Below, piece by piece: positions 22,144 through 32,900 of a DNA stretch of 64,000 nt. The notes under the pieces were generated by a model. The model was not told where the DNA came from, did not search any database, and saw only the letters and a program-made list of their open reading frames with translations. A program made the position numbers and the translations under genes. Position 1 is the first letter of the stretch, and the number at the start of each line of letters is the position of its first letter. Source of the DNA: an uncultured bacterium (GTDB lineage Bacteria > Chloroflexota > UBA5177 > JANWHV01); contig CAWHAE010000019.1 of assembly GCA_963827235.1 (NCBI GenBank), positions 176,234 through 240,233 of the forward strand. Reading direction: 5' to 3'.

Positions 22144-25100
22144 GTGCCAAGGCGCGTGTCACACGCCGTGCGATGGCTTTCGCAGAGACAGTGCTATGTG
22201 CTCCAGTGCGGCGCCGACCCCGCGGGTCAGGTAGTGCTGCCCGGCGACGCGGCCTGGCTCGACTGGCTCGACCAGATCGCCTCCTTCTCCTTCCAGGGTC
22301 GATCCGGCAACTACTGCACCGTCCGACGGGAGACACTGCGGCGCGGCGGCGCTTATTGGTACGCCTACCGCTCGCTGCAGGGACGAACGGTCAAGCGCTA
22401 CCTCGGCCGGACAGCCGATCTCACCATCGCCCGCCTGGAAGAGGTCGCCGACCGCATCGCCGCCGCATCGTCCGCCAGTCCGCGGACGGCGGCGGGAGTA
22501 TCCGAGGGCCTCATAGCCGGCGGTTCTCGCGCCACTAACCCTGGCCGCCCCTCGGCGCAGCCGGCGTCGCTGCTGGCCTCCAAGCTCCATCCGCCTCGCC
22601 TCCCGGGGGCGCTGGTCCGGCGCCTGCGCCTGGTCGATCGGCTCGACACGGGCCGGCTGTGCAAGCTGACGCTGGTCGCCGCCCCGGCAGGCTTCGGCAA
22701 AACCACGCTGGTCCGTCAGTGGATCGAGGGGAGCGCGCCCGCCAGTCTGCCGGCCTGGGTCTCGCTCGATGCGGGCGACGACGACCCTATGCTATTCTGG
22801 CGCTACGTGATCACCGCCTGCCAGGCGCTGCAGTCCGGGCTGGGCACCTGGGCCCTGGCACAGCTTTCCGGCGCCATGCAGTCGCCCTTCGAGCCGCCGT
22901 CGCTGGAGGCCGTGCTGACGCCCTTCCTCAACGACCTCGCCCATCTGGCGCGGGAGGGACTGCTGATCCTGGACGACTTTCATCTGATTACCGCACCCCG
23001 CATCCACGAGACGTTCACCTTCTTCGTCGATCACCTGCCGTCGACGCTCCATCTCGTGCTGCTGACGCGCCACGAACCGCCCTTGCCGCTTCCGCGCTGG
23101 CGGGCCAGGGCCGAGCTCGCGGAGCTGCACGCCACGGACCTGCGCTTCTCGCTGGAGGAGACCACGGCCTTCTTCCGGCATACCCTGCCCTTTGCACTCC
23201 CCGAGACGGCCATCGCCCAGCTCGACGCGCGCCTGGATGGATGGGCCGTGGGACTGCGCCTGTTGGCCCTGACCATGCAGGGATTGCCGGCGCCGCGCGA
23301 CGTGGAACGCTACCTCGCCGGCCTGCACGAGGGCCCGGACGCCGCTCAGCCGCACCGGGCCATCCTCGACTATTTCCTCACCGAGGTCCTGCAGAAGCAG
23401 CCGGAGCCGCTCCAACTCTTCCTCCTGCAGACGAGCGTGCTTGACCGTCTCACCGGCTCGCTCTGCGACGAGCTGACGGGCCGGCACGATAGCGCCGCGT
23501 TGCTCGAGGCGATGGAACGTGCCGGTCTTTTCCTGGAGTCACTGGACGATGCCGGACGGTGGTACCGCTACCATGCTCTCTTCGCCGACGCCATGCGGGC
23601 CACGGCGCGTCTCCGCTTGGGCGACGATGCCCTGCGCGCGCTGTCCCTGCAGGCCAGCCACTGGTACGAGCGGCAGGGATTGCCGGCCGAGGCCATCGAC
23701 GCCGCCCTGCAGGGCGGTGATGCCGAGCGCGCTGCCAGCCTGATCGAGCGCCTCGCCGACGCGAGCAACCTCCGCTTCGACCAGGTCCATCCCCTGCGGC
23801 GCTGGCTGGAGAGCATCCCGGATGAGATCCGCTGGGCCCGCCCCCGCCTGTGCCTGGCCCATGCCGTGGCGATCGTCACTACCCAGCTACCGATCGCGCC
23901 GGCACCCGCGCTCATGGCGCGGGTGCATGAGGAGCTACGCCGGGCAGACGACGGCTGGCGCGCGGCCGGCGACCTGGCCGGGCGCGGCGAGGTGTGGACC
24001 TTTCGCGCCACGCTCGCCTGGCGAGAAGGGCAGATTGCTCAGGCGGCACGCGATGCCCGCCAGGCGCTCGCCTGGCTAGCGGACGGCGAGGACCGGAGCA
24101 CCGACGGCGCCGGAGCGCTCCCCGCGCTGCTGGAATGGCACGCCATCATCACCGCCATCCTCGGCAACGAGGCTCTGGAATCCGGCGACATGGGGGAAGC
24201 CCTGCGCCTCCTGCACGAAGTGAACCGGCGCAGCATCGCCACCGATAACCGGCCATTCGTGCGGCTCTCTCGGCTGCTGCTCGCGACCGCGCACGTCGCG
24301 CTGGGCGAGTTACACCAGGCAGAGGTCTACTATCGCCAGGTGCTACCCGATGCCAGGGACCAGGATGATCAGGAGGATCTCGTATTTATCGGCATCGGCC
24401 TCGCCGAGCTGTGCTATGAGTGGAACGACCTCGATGCGACCGAGCGGCTGGTCGGCGAGGCGCGCGATCGGGGCATATTGCCGGGCTTACCCGAGCTTGA
24501 GGAGCATCTGGCCTTCAGGCAGGCGCTTGTGTTGCACGCCCGCGGGCACACCGGGGCGGCCCTGCAGCAGCTCACCGGCATCCTGGCGCGTTTGCAGGCC
24601 ATCTCCTCGCCACGGGCCGTCCAGGCTCTCCCCATCGTGCGGAGCTGGCAGGGCCGCCTGCAGCTCCTGGCCGGGGACCTCTTCGCGGCTCAGCGAGGCT
24701 TCGAAGACCTGGGCAGGGTCGAGGAGAACGACAGCCCCAGCTCTCGGGCCATGGTGCAGATTCTCGCCGCACGGGTGCTACTCTCTCAGGGGCAACATCA
24801 GGGTGCCCTGTCACGACTCGAGACCCTGCTGACCCTGGCCCAGGAGCAGCGCCGCGTGCGCCAGGCCCTGGAGATCCGCGTGCTCAAGTCGCTGGCCCTC
24901 GCCGCCTGCCGGAGAGGGCCGGAGGCCCGCCAGGAGCTGCACCTGGTGCTGGCGCAATGCTGCGGCGAAGGCTTCATGCGCCTGTTCCTCGACGAGGGCC
25001 CATCGCTGGCCGCCCTGCTGCGCTCGCTGCTGCCCTCTCTGCACGGGCCGGCGCTCCGTTCCTACGCGCGCTCCATCCTGCAGGCATTCGGCGCCGTGCC

Positions 25101-25332
25101 GGAAGCACCGGCGATGGCCGCGGCGGATACGCTGCCGATCGAGCCGCTTTCAACGCAGGAAGAGCGGGTGCTGCGGCTGCTGGCAGCCGGACGCTCCAAT
25201 CCCGAGATCGCGGGCGAGCTGTTCGTCTCCGTGAACACGGTGAAGGGCCACGTCAAGAGCCTCTATCGCAAGCTCAACGTACGGCATCGCCTGGAAGCCG
25301 CCGACGCCGCGCGCCGCATAGCGCAGCGCTGA
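22144..25332 (+). CDS. MalT-like LuxR-family ATP-binding transcriptional regulator with an extra N-terminal domain
   Basis: Walker A APAGFGKTT, LDDFHLI, WYRYHALFA, C-terminal LuxR HTH (SNPEIAGELFVSVNTVKGH). Confidence 0.92.
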   Translation: MPRRVSHAVRWLSQRQCYVLQCGADPAGQVVLPGDAAWLDWLDQIASFSFQGRSGNYCTVRRETLRRGGAYWYAYRSLQGRTVKRYLGRTADLTIARLEEVADRIAAASSASPRTAAGVSEGLIAGGSRATNPGRPSAQPASLLASKLHPPRLPGALVRRLRLVDRLDTGRLCKLTLVAAPAGFGKTTLVRQWIEGSAPASLPAWVSLDAGDDDPMLFWRYVITACQALQSGLGTWALAQLSGAMQSPFEPPSLEAVLTPFLNDLAHLAREGLLILDDFHLITAPRIHETFTFFVDHLPSTLHLVLLTRHEPPLPLPRWRARAELAELHATDLRFSLEETTAFFRHTLPFALPETAIAQLDARLDGWAVGLRLLALTMQGLPAPRDVERYLAGLHEGPDAAQPHRAILDYFLTEVLQKQPEPLQLFLLQTSVLDRLTGSLCDELTGRHDSAALLEAMERAGLFLESLDDAGRWYRYHALFADAMRATARLRLGDDALRALSLQASHWYERQGLPAEAIDAALQGGDAERAASLIERLADASNLRFDQVHPLRRWLESIPDEIRWARPRLCLAHAVAIVTTQLPIAPAPALMARVHEELRRADDGWRAAGDLAGRGEVWTFRATLAWREGQIAQAARDARQALAWLADGEDRSTDGAGALPALLEWHAIITAILGNEALESGDMGEALRLLHEVNRRSIATDNRPFVRLSRLLLATAHVALGELHQAEVYYRQVLPDARDQDDQEDLVFIGIGLAELCYEWNDLDATERLVGEARDRGILPGLPELEEHLAFRQALVLHARGHTGAALQQLTGILARLQAISSPRAVQALPIVRSWQGRLQLLAGDLFAAQRGFEDLGRVEENDSPSSRAMVQILAARVLLSQGQHQGALSRLETLLTLAQEQRRVRQALEIRVLKSLALAACRRGPEARQELHLVLAQCCGEGFMRLFLDEGPSLAALLRSLLPSLHGPALRSYARSILQAFGAVPEAPAMAAADTLPIEPLSTQEERVLRLLAAGRSNPEIAGELFVSVNTVKGHVKSLYRKLNVRHRLEAADAARRIAQR

Positions 25333-25469
25333 GGCGCACCCTTCCCCCCGTTACCACCCCATGACCACCCGGCCGGATGGTGTGGCCCCACCCGCTTGTC
25401 CCCTACGCTCGGTAGGAGCCAATGATAGCGCGTGGATGACAACGAGGCACTTGGAGAAGGACACAAGAC

Positions 25470-26945
25470 ATGACTGCCGAAACCAGGCTCGCCGAGAGCG
25501 GCCAAAATCCAGCTGCGCCGCCGGGAACGGTGAAGAATGCCGACCCTACCCGCTTGACCCCTTGGCTGCTGGGCATCTTGGCCATCGTGATGATCGCGGA
25601 CATGCTGGACCTCATAGACTCGCAGATCACCAACATCGCCGCACCGTCCATCGTGCACAGTCTGGGTGGCGGCGAGGCGCTGATCAAGTGGCTGGGCGCA
25701 AGCTACCAGATGGCCCTCGGCACGTTCCTGGTCATAGGCGGCAGGCTCGGAGACCGCTATGGCAAGCGCCGGCTCTACCTGATAGGCATCACCGGCTTCG
25801 TGGCCGCCTCGGCGCTCTGCGGCCTATCCGTCGACCCGGCCATGATCATCATCGGGCGGATCATCCAGGGCGCGTTCGGCGCCATGCTGATCCCGCAGGG
25901 CATCAGCATCCTCATGGCCAACTTCTCCCGTGATCAGCTGCCCCGCGCCTTCAGTGCCTTCGCCCCGATCATGGGCATTGCCGCCGTCTCCGGGCCGATC
26001 GTCGGCGGGTTCATCATCTCCGCCAATATTGCCGGCCAGCACTGGCGTCCGGTGTTCCTGATCAATGTCGTGTTCGGTGGGGTTGGCCTCATCGCAGCGC
26101 TCAGGCTCCTACCGCATGACAAGCCCGCCTCCCATGAGCGCATCGACGCCATCGGTTCAGGCCTGCTGGGGCTCATGATGCTCACCCTCATCTTTGGCCT
26201 CATTCAGGGCTCGACCATTGGCTGGACCGCCATCCCGATCGCCGGCTTGGCCGCCGGCGCCATCTTCTTCGTCGCCTTCGCCGTACGCCAGCGCCAGGCT
26301 ACCGACCCTCTGATCAAGCCATCGTTGTTCACCAACAGGGGGTTTAGCGCCGGGCTGGTTATCGCCCTGGCCTTCTTCGTGGCCATGGCCGGCCTCAGCT
26401 ACGTGCTCTCGCTGTTCTTCCAGCTCATTCTCCACTTCACCCCCGACCACGCCGCGATCGCCATGTCACCCATTGCGCTGGGCTTCATCGGTGGCTCCTT
26501 CGGCTGCTATCCACTCATTCAGCGCCTGGGCCGCACGATCGTCGCTAGCGGCCTTGCCGTGACCCTGTGCGGAGCGCTCGGGCTTTGGGCCACGGTCCTG
26601 GCGCGGGGCACCGGGGTCAGCGCGTGGCTGACGGCTCCCTCGATCTTTGTCTTTGGCCTGGGGATGGGCGCCTGCATCAGCAGCCTCTTCAACGTAGCAC
26701 TCGGCGACGTCGCCCACGACGAAGCGGGGAGCGCCAGCGGTGCGCTCAGCGCCGCCCAGCAGCTCGCTACCGCGATCGGGTCTGCGGTCGTCACAACCGT
26801 CTTTTTCAAGGTCGATGCCAGTCACGGCGGCGCCACAGCCATGACTGCCACCGTCTTCGTCGTCGTGATGATCTTCGCCGTCTGCCTCGGCCTGGTATGG
26901 CTACTGCCTCGCTCAGCCGCTCCGGAGGAGTTTCCCGTCGGATAG
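25470..26945 (+). CDS. MFS drug:H+ antiporter (DHA2, 14-TMS)
   Basis: GGRLGDRYGKRR motif A, WRPVFLIN, many TM helices. Confidence 0.9.
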   Translation: MTAETRLAESGQNPAAPPGTVKNADPTRLTPWLLGILAIVMIADMLDLIDSQITNIAAPSIVHSLGGGEALIKWLGASYQMALGTFLVIGGRLGDRYGKRRLYLIGITGFVAASALCGLSVDPAMIIIGRIIQGAFGAMLIPQGISILMANFSRDQLPRAFSAFAPIMGIAAVSGPIVGGFIISANIAGQHWRPVFLINVVFGGVGLIAALRLLPHDKPASHERIDAIGSGLLGLMMLTLIFGLIQGSTIGWTAIPIAGLAAGAIFFVAFAVRQRQATDPLIKPSLFTNRGFSAGLVIALAFFVAMAGLSYVLSLFFQLILHFTPDHAAIAMSPIALGFIGGSFGCYPLIQRLGRTIVASGLAVTLCGALGLWATVLARGTGVSAWLTAPSIFVFGLGMGACISSLFNVALGDVAHDEAGSASGALSAAQQLATAIGSAVVTTVFFKVDASHGGATAMTATVFVVVMIFAVCLGLVWLLPRSAAPEEFPVG

Positions 26946-26949
26946 TCCT

Positions 26950-27380
26950 GGCCGCCAGGGTAGCCAGGGCCAGGTTGATTGGCGAGGATCATGGCGAGCA
27001 TCGCGGATCCGAACGAGCCGCCGACCTGCTGCACGATCCGGGTTGTACTGCTGGCATGGGCCACTTCGTCCCGCGGGACTGCTTGGAAGGCGCCGGCCTT
27101 GACCCCGACGACCGCCCCAGACATACCGGCGCCACGGACGTAGGGCAATGTGGCCGGCAGCCACTCGTTCGAGGCAGAACCCGCCTGTGTAAAGGCCAGC
27201 GAGCCGAGCGCGATGAGGATCACTCCCCCGACTACCACGAAGCGCGGGCCAATCCGATCGGTGAGCTTGCCCTCGATGGTGCGGGGTAGAAGCGAGCCTA
27301 TGCCCCGCGGCGCGAGAAATAGGCCAGTCAGCAGCGCGCTCTTGCCCAGAACGTCTTGGTAGTAGAGCTAGAGCAGAAGT
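26950..27380 (-). pseudogene. C-terminal remnant of an EmrB/QacA-type MFS transporter
   Basis: LLL*LYYQDVLG (in-frame TAG at 27368-27370)...GKLTDRIGPR...RIVQQVGGSFG; N-terminal half missing. Confidence 0.7.
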
Positions 27381-27484
27381 GTGTCCGGTTGGCGAGTGGC
27401 ATCCGGTGCCGCGAGACGCCGCAGGGGTCGCGGAATCAGCCATCGAACCGGCGAGCCAGGTCACGTACGGTAGTCGCGGCCGCA

Positions 27485-28391
27485 TCAGCCGACCAGTAGA
27501 GCGAGCCTCCCGCGCACGTGACCGTTCTCACTGACGCGGTGCGCCTCCGCGATCTTGGCGAGCGCGAAGGTCTGCTCGACCGGGAGCGAGAAGCTGCCCG
27601 GACTCGATCAGCTCGCCGATCTCGGCGAGCGCGTGCATCGCGCGTCCGTCATCCCCCCTGCTGAACCTCACTCCGTGCTCCTGCGCGCCAGCGAAGTCGG
27701 AGAGCGTCACCACGTGCTCCGAGCCGCCCGCGAGCCCGATGAGCTCGGGCAGGACGCCGCTCCCGGCGACGTCGAGCGCCTCGTCGACGCCATCGGGCGC
27801 GAGCGCGCGAACACGCTCGCTGAGGCCCTCGCCGTAGGCGACGGGCTCGGCGCCCAGCGAGCGCAGGTAATCGTGGTTGCCGGGACTGGCGGTGCCGATC
27901 ACGCGCGCGCCGCGCACCACGGCGAGCTGGACGGCAGCGCTACCGACCCCGCCGGCGGCGCCGTTGACGAGCAGCGTGCTCCCGGCTCCGACGCCGAGCG
28001 CGTCCAGGGCGCGCGTGGCCGTCTCGATGGCGACGGGCAGCACAGCTGCCTCGGCGAAGCCAAGCGACGGCGGGATCGGCGCGTAGTAGGAGAGCAGCGC
28101 CAGCTCGGCCGCGCCCGAGCCGTCGGGGGAGACGCCGAACACTCGATCGCCGACGGTGACGTCCGTGACGCCCTCTCCGACCTCGTCGACGACGCCCGCT
28201 ACCTCGCGACCCGTCGTCTGCGGGAGTTCCCCGCCATGCAGGCCCTTGCGCAGCTTCCAGTCGGTCGCATTGACGCCGACCGCGCGCACCGCGATCCGGA
28301 TAAGGCCGGGCCCCGCGTGCGGCTCCGGAAGATCCACGATCTCGAGGACCTCCGGGCCCCCGAACCTGCTGAAACGGGCTGCCTTCATCAT
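27485..28391 (-). CDS. NADPH:quinone oxidoreductase-type MDR dehydrogenase; one frameshift near 27597
   Basis: FGGPEVL, GAAGGVGSAAVQLA; the shifted frame continues SFSLPVEQTFAL..AEAHRVSENGHVRGRLAL to TGA at 27485. Confidence 0.85.
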
Positions 28392-28474
28392 TCGCTCCTA
28401 TCTAATCTAGACCACCCGGCGTCGCGCTTACTACGCGCTCGACGGTGTACGCTGTGCGCTGCGAACATCATGAT

Positions 28475-28699
28475 CTAAAGTCTGGTGCTTGATCTCCAAC
28501 TGCGACGCTCTCGCTTGCGGATGCCGTGTTTGCTACGGTACCCATACCCTTTCGCGATCGTTTCATTTGCTTCAGTCGTTGGGAAGCCAGGATTCAGTGC
28601 CGCGCTGGCGTTGGTCAGCGACGTCGCCCGGCTGACCAGCTTTTGCGGCGCCGCGTTGATCAGGTGCGTGTTCAAGGGCATCATCATGCCGAGGACCAC
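28475..28699 (-). pseudogene. Short remnant of another EmrB-type MFS gene
   Basis: GMMMPLNTHLINAAPQKLVSRATSLTNA resembles the DHA2 TM12-13 region. Confidence 0.5.
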
Positions 28700-28875
28700 G
28701 CCGATGAATGGTCCTGACCGACGGTGACAGCCATGGTGGGTACTCCCGCTTCTTTCAAGTGTGTTCCCTGTTCCTCTAGTACAGCTCGGCAGTTAGTCGA
28801 TTACCGTGCGGTAAGTAAGTGACCTGCGCCCATCCTACCGAGCAAACCTACCGGTCGTCAAGTAATCTGAGATGC

Positions 28876-29648
28876 ATGACACAGCAACGAGCACATTCGT
28901 GTGGGATTGACGGCCACGTGGTGGCGCCGATCCTGACGGGCGCCGAGTCGGGTCCCGCGCAGTCGACGCGCGAGCGGACCCTGGACATCGCCCTGGATCT
29001 CTTCGTGCGCAAGGGCTACGCGGAGACCTCGCTGCGCGAGATCGCCGTGGAGCTGGGCTTCTCAAAGTCGGCGCTCTACTACCATTTCGAGAGCAAGCAG
29101 GACATTCTCCTGGCCCTACACATGCGGTTGCACAGCCTTACGCAGGCCTGCTTCCGCTGCTCGAGGAAGGTGACATAGCCGGCGACACCTGGGAGCGATT
29201 GGTCGATCGGCTGATCGGCTTTGCCCTAGAGAACCGGCGGCTGATCGAGCTGCACCTGCGCAATCGGGAGCCGATCGCCGACCTGCATCGCGACGATGCG
29301 CTAAAGAGGCATGGCTCACAACAACATCGCGAGGAAGATCTGGAAGGTCTCGTCCAAGGTCTGCTCGCGGATCCGGCGATGCCGATCGAACGGCGCGTGA
29401 GGATGATGGCTTGCATGGTTGCGGTCGCCGGAGTCATGTTCGGAGCGAATTCCTGCCCGGCTCGCCGTAGCCTCGTCCTGGTTCCGATCGCGAGTGGCTG
29501 CTGTCCACCCCTCCGCCGCCGGCGTTCGCGCGGGTGCCCGCACGACCATTCCTGCCGCCACCGCGGTTACCTCACCCTGCTCTGCTCCCCTCTGGGCGAG
29601 ACTGGCCACCGTCACAGTATTGCAGGCCGTTCAGCTACGTGGCGGTGA
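28876..29648 (+). pseudogene. TetR/AcrR-family regulator, frameshifted near 29145, C-terminus degraded
   Basis: HTH ALDLFVRKGYAETSLREIAVELGFSKSALYYHFESK; continuation in ORF 29199..29648. Confidence 0.75.
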
Positions 29649-29940
29649 CTGCAGCCTGCGGGCTTCGCCCGCTGTCCAGACCCCCTGCGTGCTGGAATGA
29701 GAGTCTTTGATAGTGCGCGGCCTGTAGCTGCGAGTGCCGCGGCACGTAACGTGGGTCCATCGGGCCGAAGGGCTCGAGCCGGTGGCGGGCGATTGGCGGT
29801 GACTCTCGGTCTGGCCATCGGGAAAGGTGTCGGAGGCATGCAGGGGATATTGGCTGTGCCGGCTTCCGGCCCGTGGCGAGCACTATGCGCGGTCACTGTC
29901 CTGAACAACAGGCGGAGCCGGGAGGAGTGGGAGACGATCG

Positions 29941-32900
29941 ATGCAGTGCCCAAGATGCGCTTACGTAAGCCAGTCCAGGAACATATCCTGCCCGAGCTGC
30001 CACGGCACGTTCGCCAGGACAGACCTGGAGGAACTGGACCATCTGACGTTCACGCGCGATCGACTGGACCGTTGGACCATGGACGGCACCCTGGCGGCAC
30101 AGGTCGGCGCCAGGCTCGTGGCACTTACCGACGCCGAAAGGAACCGATTGCTGGCTCACATAGACCTCCAGGCGGCGCCGAAGGTTCCCCGGTCCGGGCA
30201 GGTTGCAGCCGGGCCGGCACCTGCGGCGAGAGTGCAATGCGAGGACACGGTCATCGCGGCGAAAGCGGCGGACCGCTGTGCGGCGCCGGCCCTGGCAGGG
30301 CCGGGGTCTTCGGCGGCTGCGTCACGCGCCGGACCTCCTGCGCCGCGCCATGACCCGTCGAGTGGCGGCGCCCCGCTGCCGCCGCCGAGCAGATCCAACT
30401 CGGCAAGAAGGCTATCCCCGGGGCTGGCGGTACCGGCGCTGGCGCCCGCGCGCAAGCAGGTTCCTTCATTTACCTGGAAGCAGGTAGGTACCTACCTGCT
30501 CTCTGAGCGCACGCTCAACGCACTGCTCGGCATGGGCGCCTTCCTGATCCTGGCTGCGGCAGTCGTGATCTCCACAGTGAACCCTACCGGGCTCGGGCCG
30601 TTGACTCATCTGGCGGCGATGCTCGGCACCACCGCGGTCTTTTACGCGGCAGGAGTCGCCGTGCAGCATCGGCTTGGCCTGCCCCGTACCGGCGCCGCAC
30701 TGCTGGCTATCGGCGCCGCCTTCATCCCGCTGGATGCGTGCACGTTCGGACGGGACATTCTGGCTCTCGAGCCGCGCTCGATCTGGGTCGTGGCGTCGCT
30801 GCTCTGCTTGCCGATCTACCTCACCTCTCATCTCACGCTCTACGATCGCGCTTCTGCCGTTCTGACCTCGGTCGCCGGTGGCAGCCTCGTCATGTCGCTG
30901 GCGTACCCACTGGGTGTGGACCCCATCTGGGGTGGTTGCGCCCTGGTCGGCCTTGCCGGTATCTATCTGGTGGTTGCGCAGCGGATCCGTCACAGCCGCA
31001 AGAACCTCTACTGGTCGCTGTTCTGGGGTGCGCAGCTGGCGACGCCCATTTGCATGGCCGGCCTCCTGGCGCTGCGCTTCGCCCCGGGCGTGCTCGGCGC
31101 GTTTCCTCCACGAGCCTTCCTGAATGCGGTTGGCGCCCTGCCAGGCGCCTCCCTCGACTATGCCGTGGGTACGACCTGGTGGCTGGGGGCCGCGTACTAC
31201 GCCCTGGCCGCGCACCTCATGGCGCGCCGCTCGTGTGCACTTGCTGCGGCGTGGATCATCCCCTGCGCCGTTCTCTTCACGCTCACCAAGTCTCCGCTTG
31301 GCGCCGAGTGGTACGGTGTGGCCCTGGCGGCGCTTGCCGCGCTCTACATGCTGTTTGGACGTCACGTCCAGGACGCGCTCAACGGCGCAGCCCGCCCGAG
31401 CCTTCTGCAGCTCATAGGCCGGCCCGCGTACCAGGTCGGCTTGACCCTGGCCCTGCTAGCCGCGATGTGGCCGCCCGCGATCTCACAGGCTCGGCTGACC
31501 TCGACCGGCGAGTCGATCGCACTCTGGATGCTCGTCGGTCTCTCAGCTTGGTCCGCTCTCACGTTCCGGCACGCCCTATTCCGCTACGCTGCGGCCTACC
31601 TGATCCTGGCCGCGCTGGCGAGCGCTCCGGCTGGGCAGGTGCCTTCGGTTCCCGGACAGCCGGGTCTCGGCTTGGCCGCCCTGGCGGCCTGCTACCTGTT
31701 GTTTGGCCGGTTGACCGGTGGACGGCACCTGAGAGGCGACCGCCGTGCAGCGTACGCGGGCCTGGCTCGCGATCCGTTCTTCCAGGTGGCCGCGTTGCTC
31801 ACGGCGGTCGCCGCTCTGCGGCCGGCCCTCATCCCGCACACGACATTCGTGGCGCCGGCGGAGCTCTTGGCACTGGCCGCCGTGGCACTGGTGTACGGCG
31901 CGGCGGCATTCCTGCTCGATCAACGCGCCTGGGCGTACATCTGCATCGCTCTCGTTCCGGGGATCTGCGGCACGGCGATGGCATGGCAGGGCGTCGGCGG
32001 CGATACCGCGCTGCTCGGCTGGGCCGTGCTGGCTACCGTGCTCTGCACTGGCGGTGAGGTGGCGGCGTGGCGCACTGGAGAGGGCAGGCGACCTCTTGCC
32101 CGCACGCTGATGGGCATCGGCAGCTGGCGTTCTCGCTTCGGTTCGCCGCTCTTCGCCGGCGGCTATCTGGTGAGCGGGCTGGCCGCGTCTATGGGGCTCT
32201 CGCAGCGCGCCGATCTCTCCGCCATGCCGGGCCGGGGTGTGGCCGGCCTCTGCCTGGTCTGCGCGCTCTACGTGATCTCCTCTGCCGCCCGGCGGAGTAG
32301 CGTGTTCCTCTATCCCGCTACCTGGCTTCTGCTGCTCCCACTCACCGCCGTGGTGTCCCACGCCTATGCGCAGCGGGGCATGGATTTTAGCGCGGCGCAG
32401 GATGGGCGCTTGCTGGCCATACTCGGGATTGGCTATCTGGCGCTCGCCTTCCCCGTGGATCGCGCGGGCGGTCACTACGCAAAGCCGCTCTATCTGGCGG
32501 CGTATGCTCTGGCAACCCTGGGCGTTGCTTTCGCTATTCCGGACCGCTCCCTCCTCGTACAATCGCTGGGCATAAGCTTGCTGGGCCTTATCTGGTCCGC
32601 TGGGCTCGTGCATGCCGGCCACCATCCATCGCACGCCTGGGCAATGGTGCAGTTCGTGGGTGACGGGTCGGCGACGGCGCTGGAGGCCGCTGAGATGCTC
32701 TTCCAGTACCTGGCCATCTGGCTGCTGCCCGTCTGGCTCGTCCTGCTGCAGAGTCTGCGACAGCCTCTGCCTGGTGTGGCGGACTATGGCCTTGTCCTGG
32801 CAGCGCTTGCGCCCACCTACGCGGCACTCGGTCTGCTCTTCCGGCGCATCCACGCGGCCTACCGGCTGCCCTGGTACCTGGCAGCATGTGTGCTATCGGC

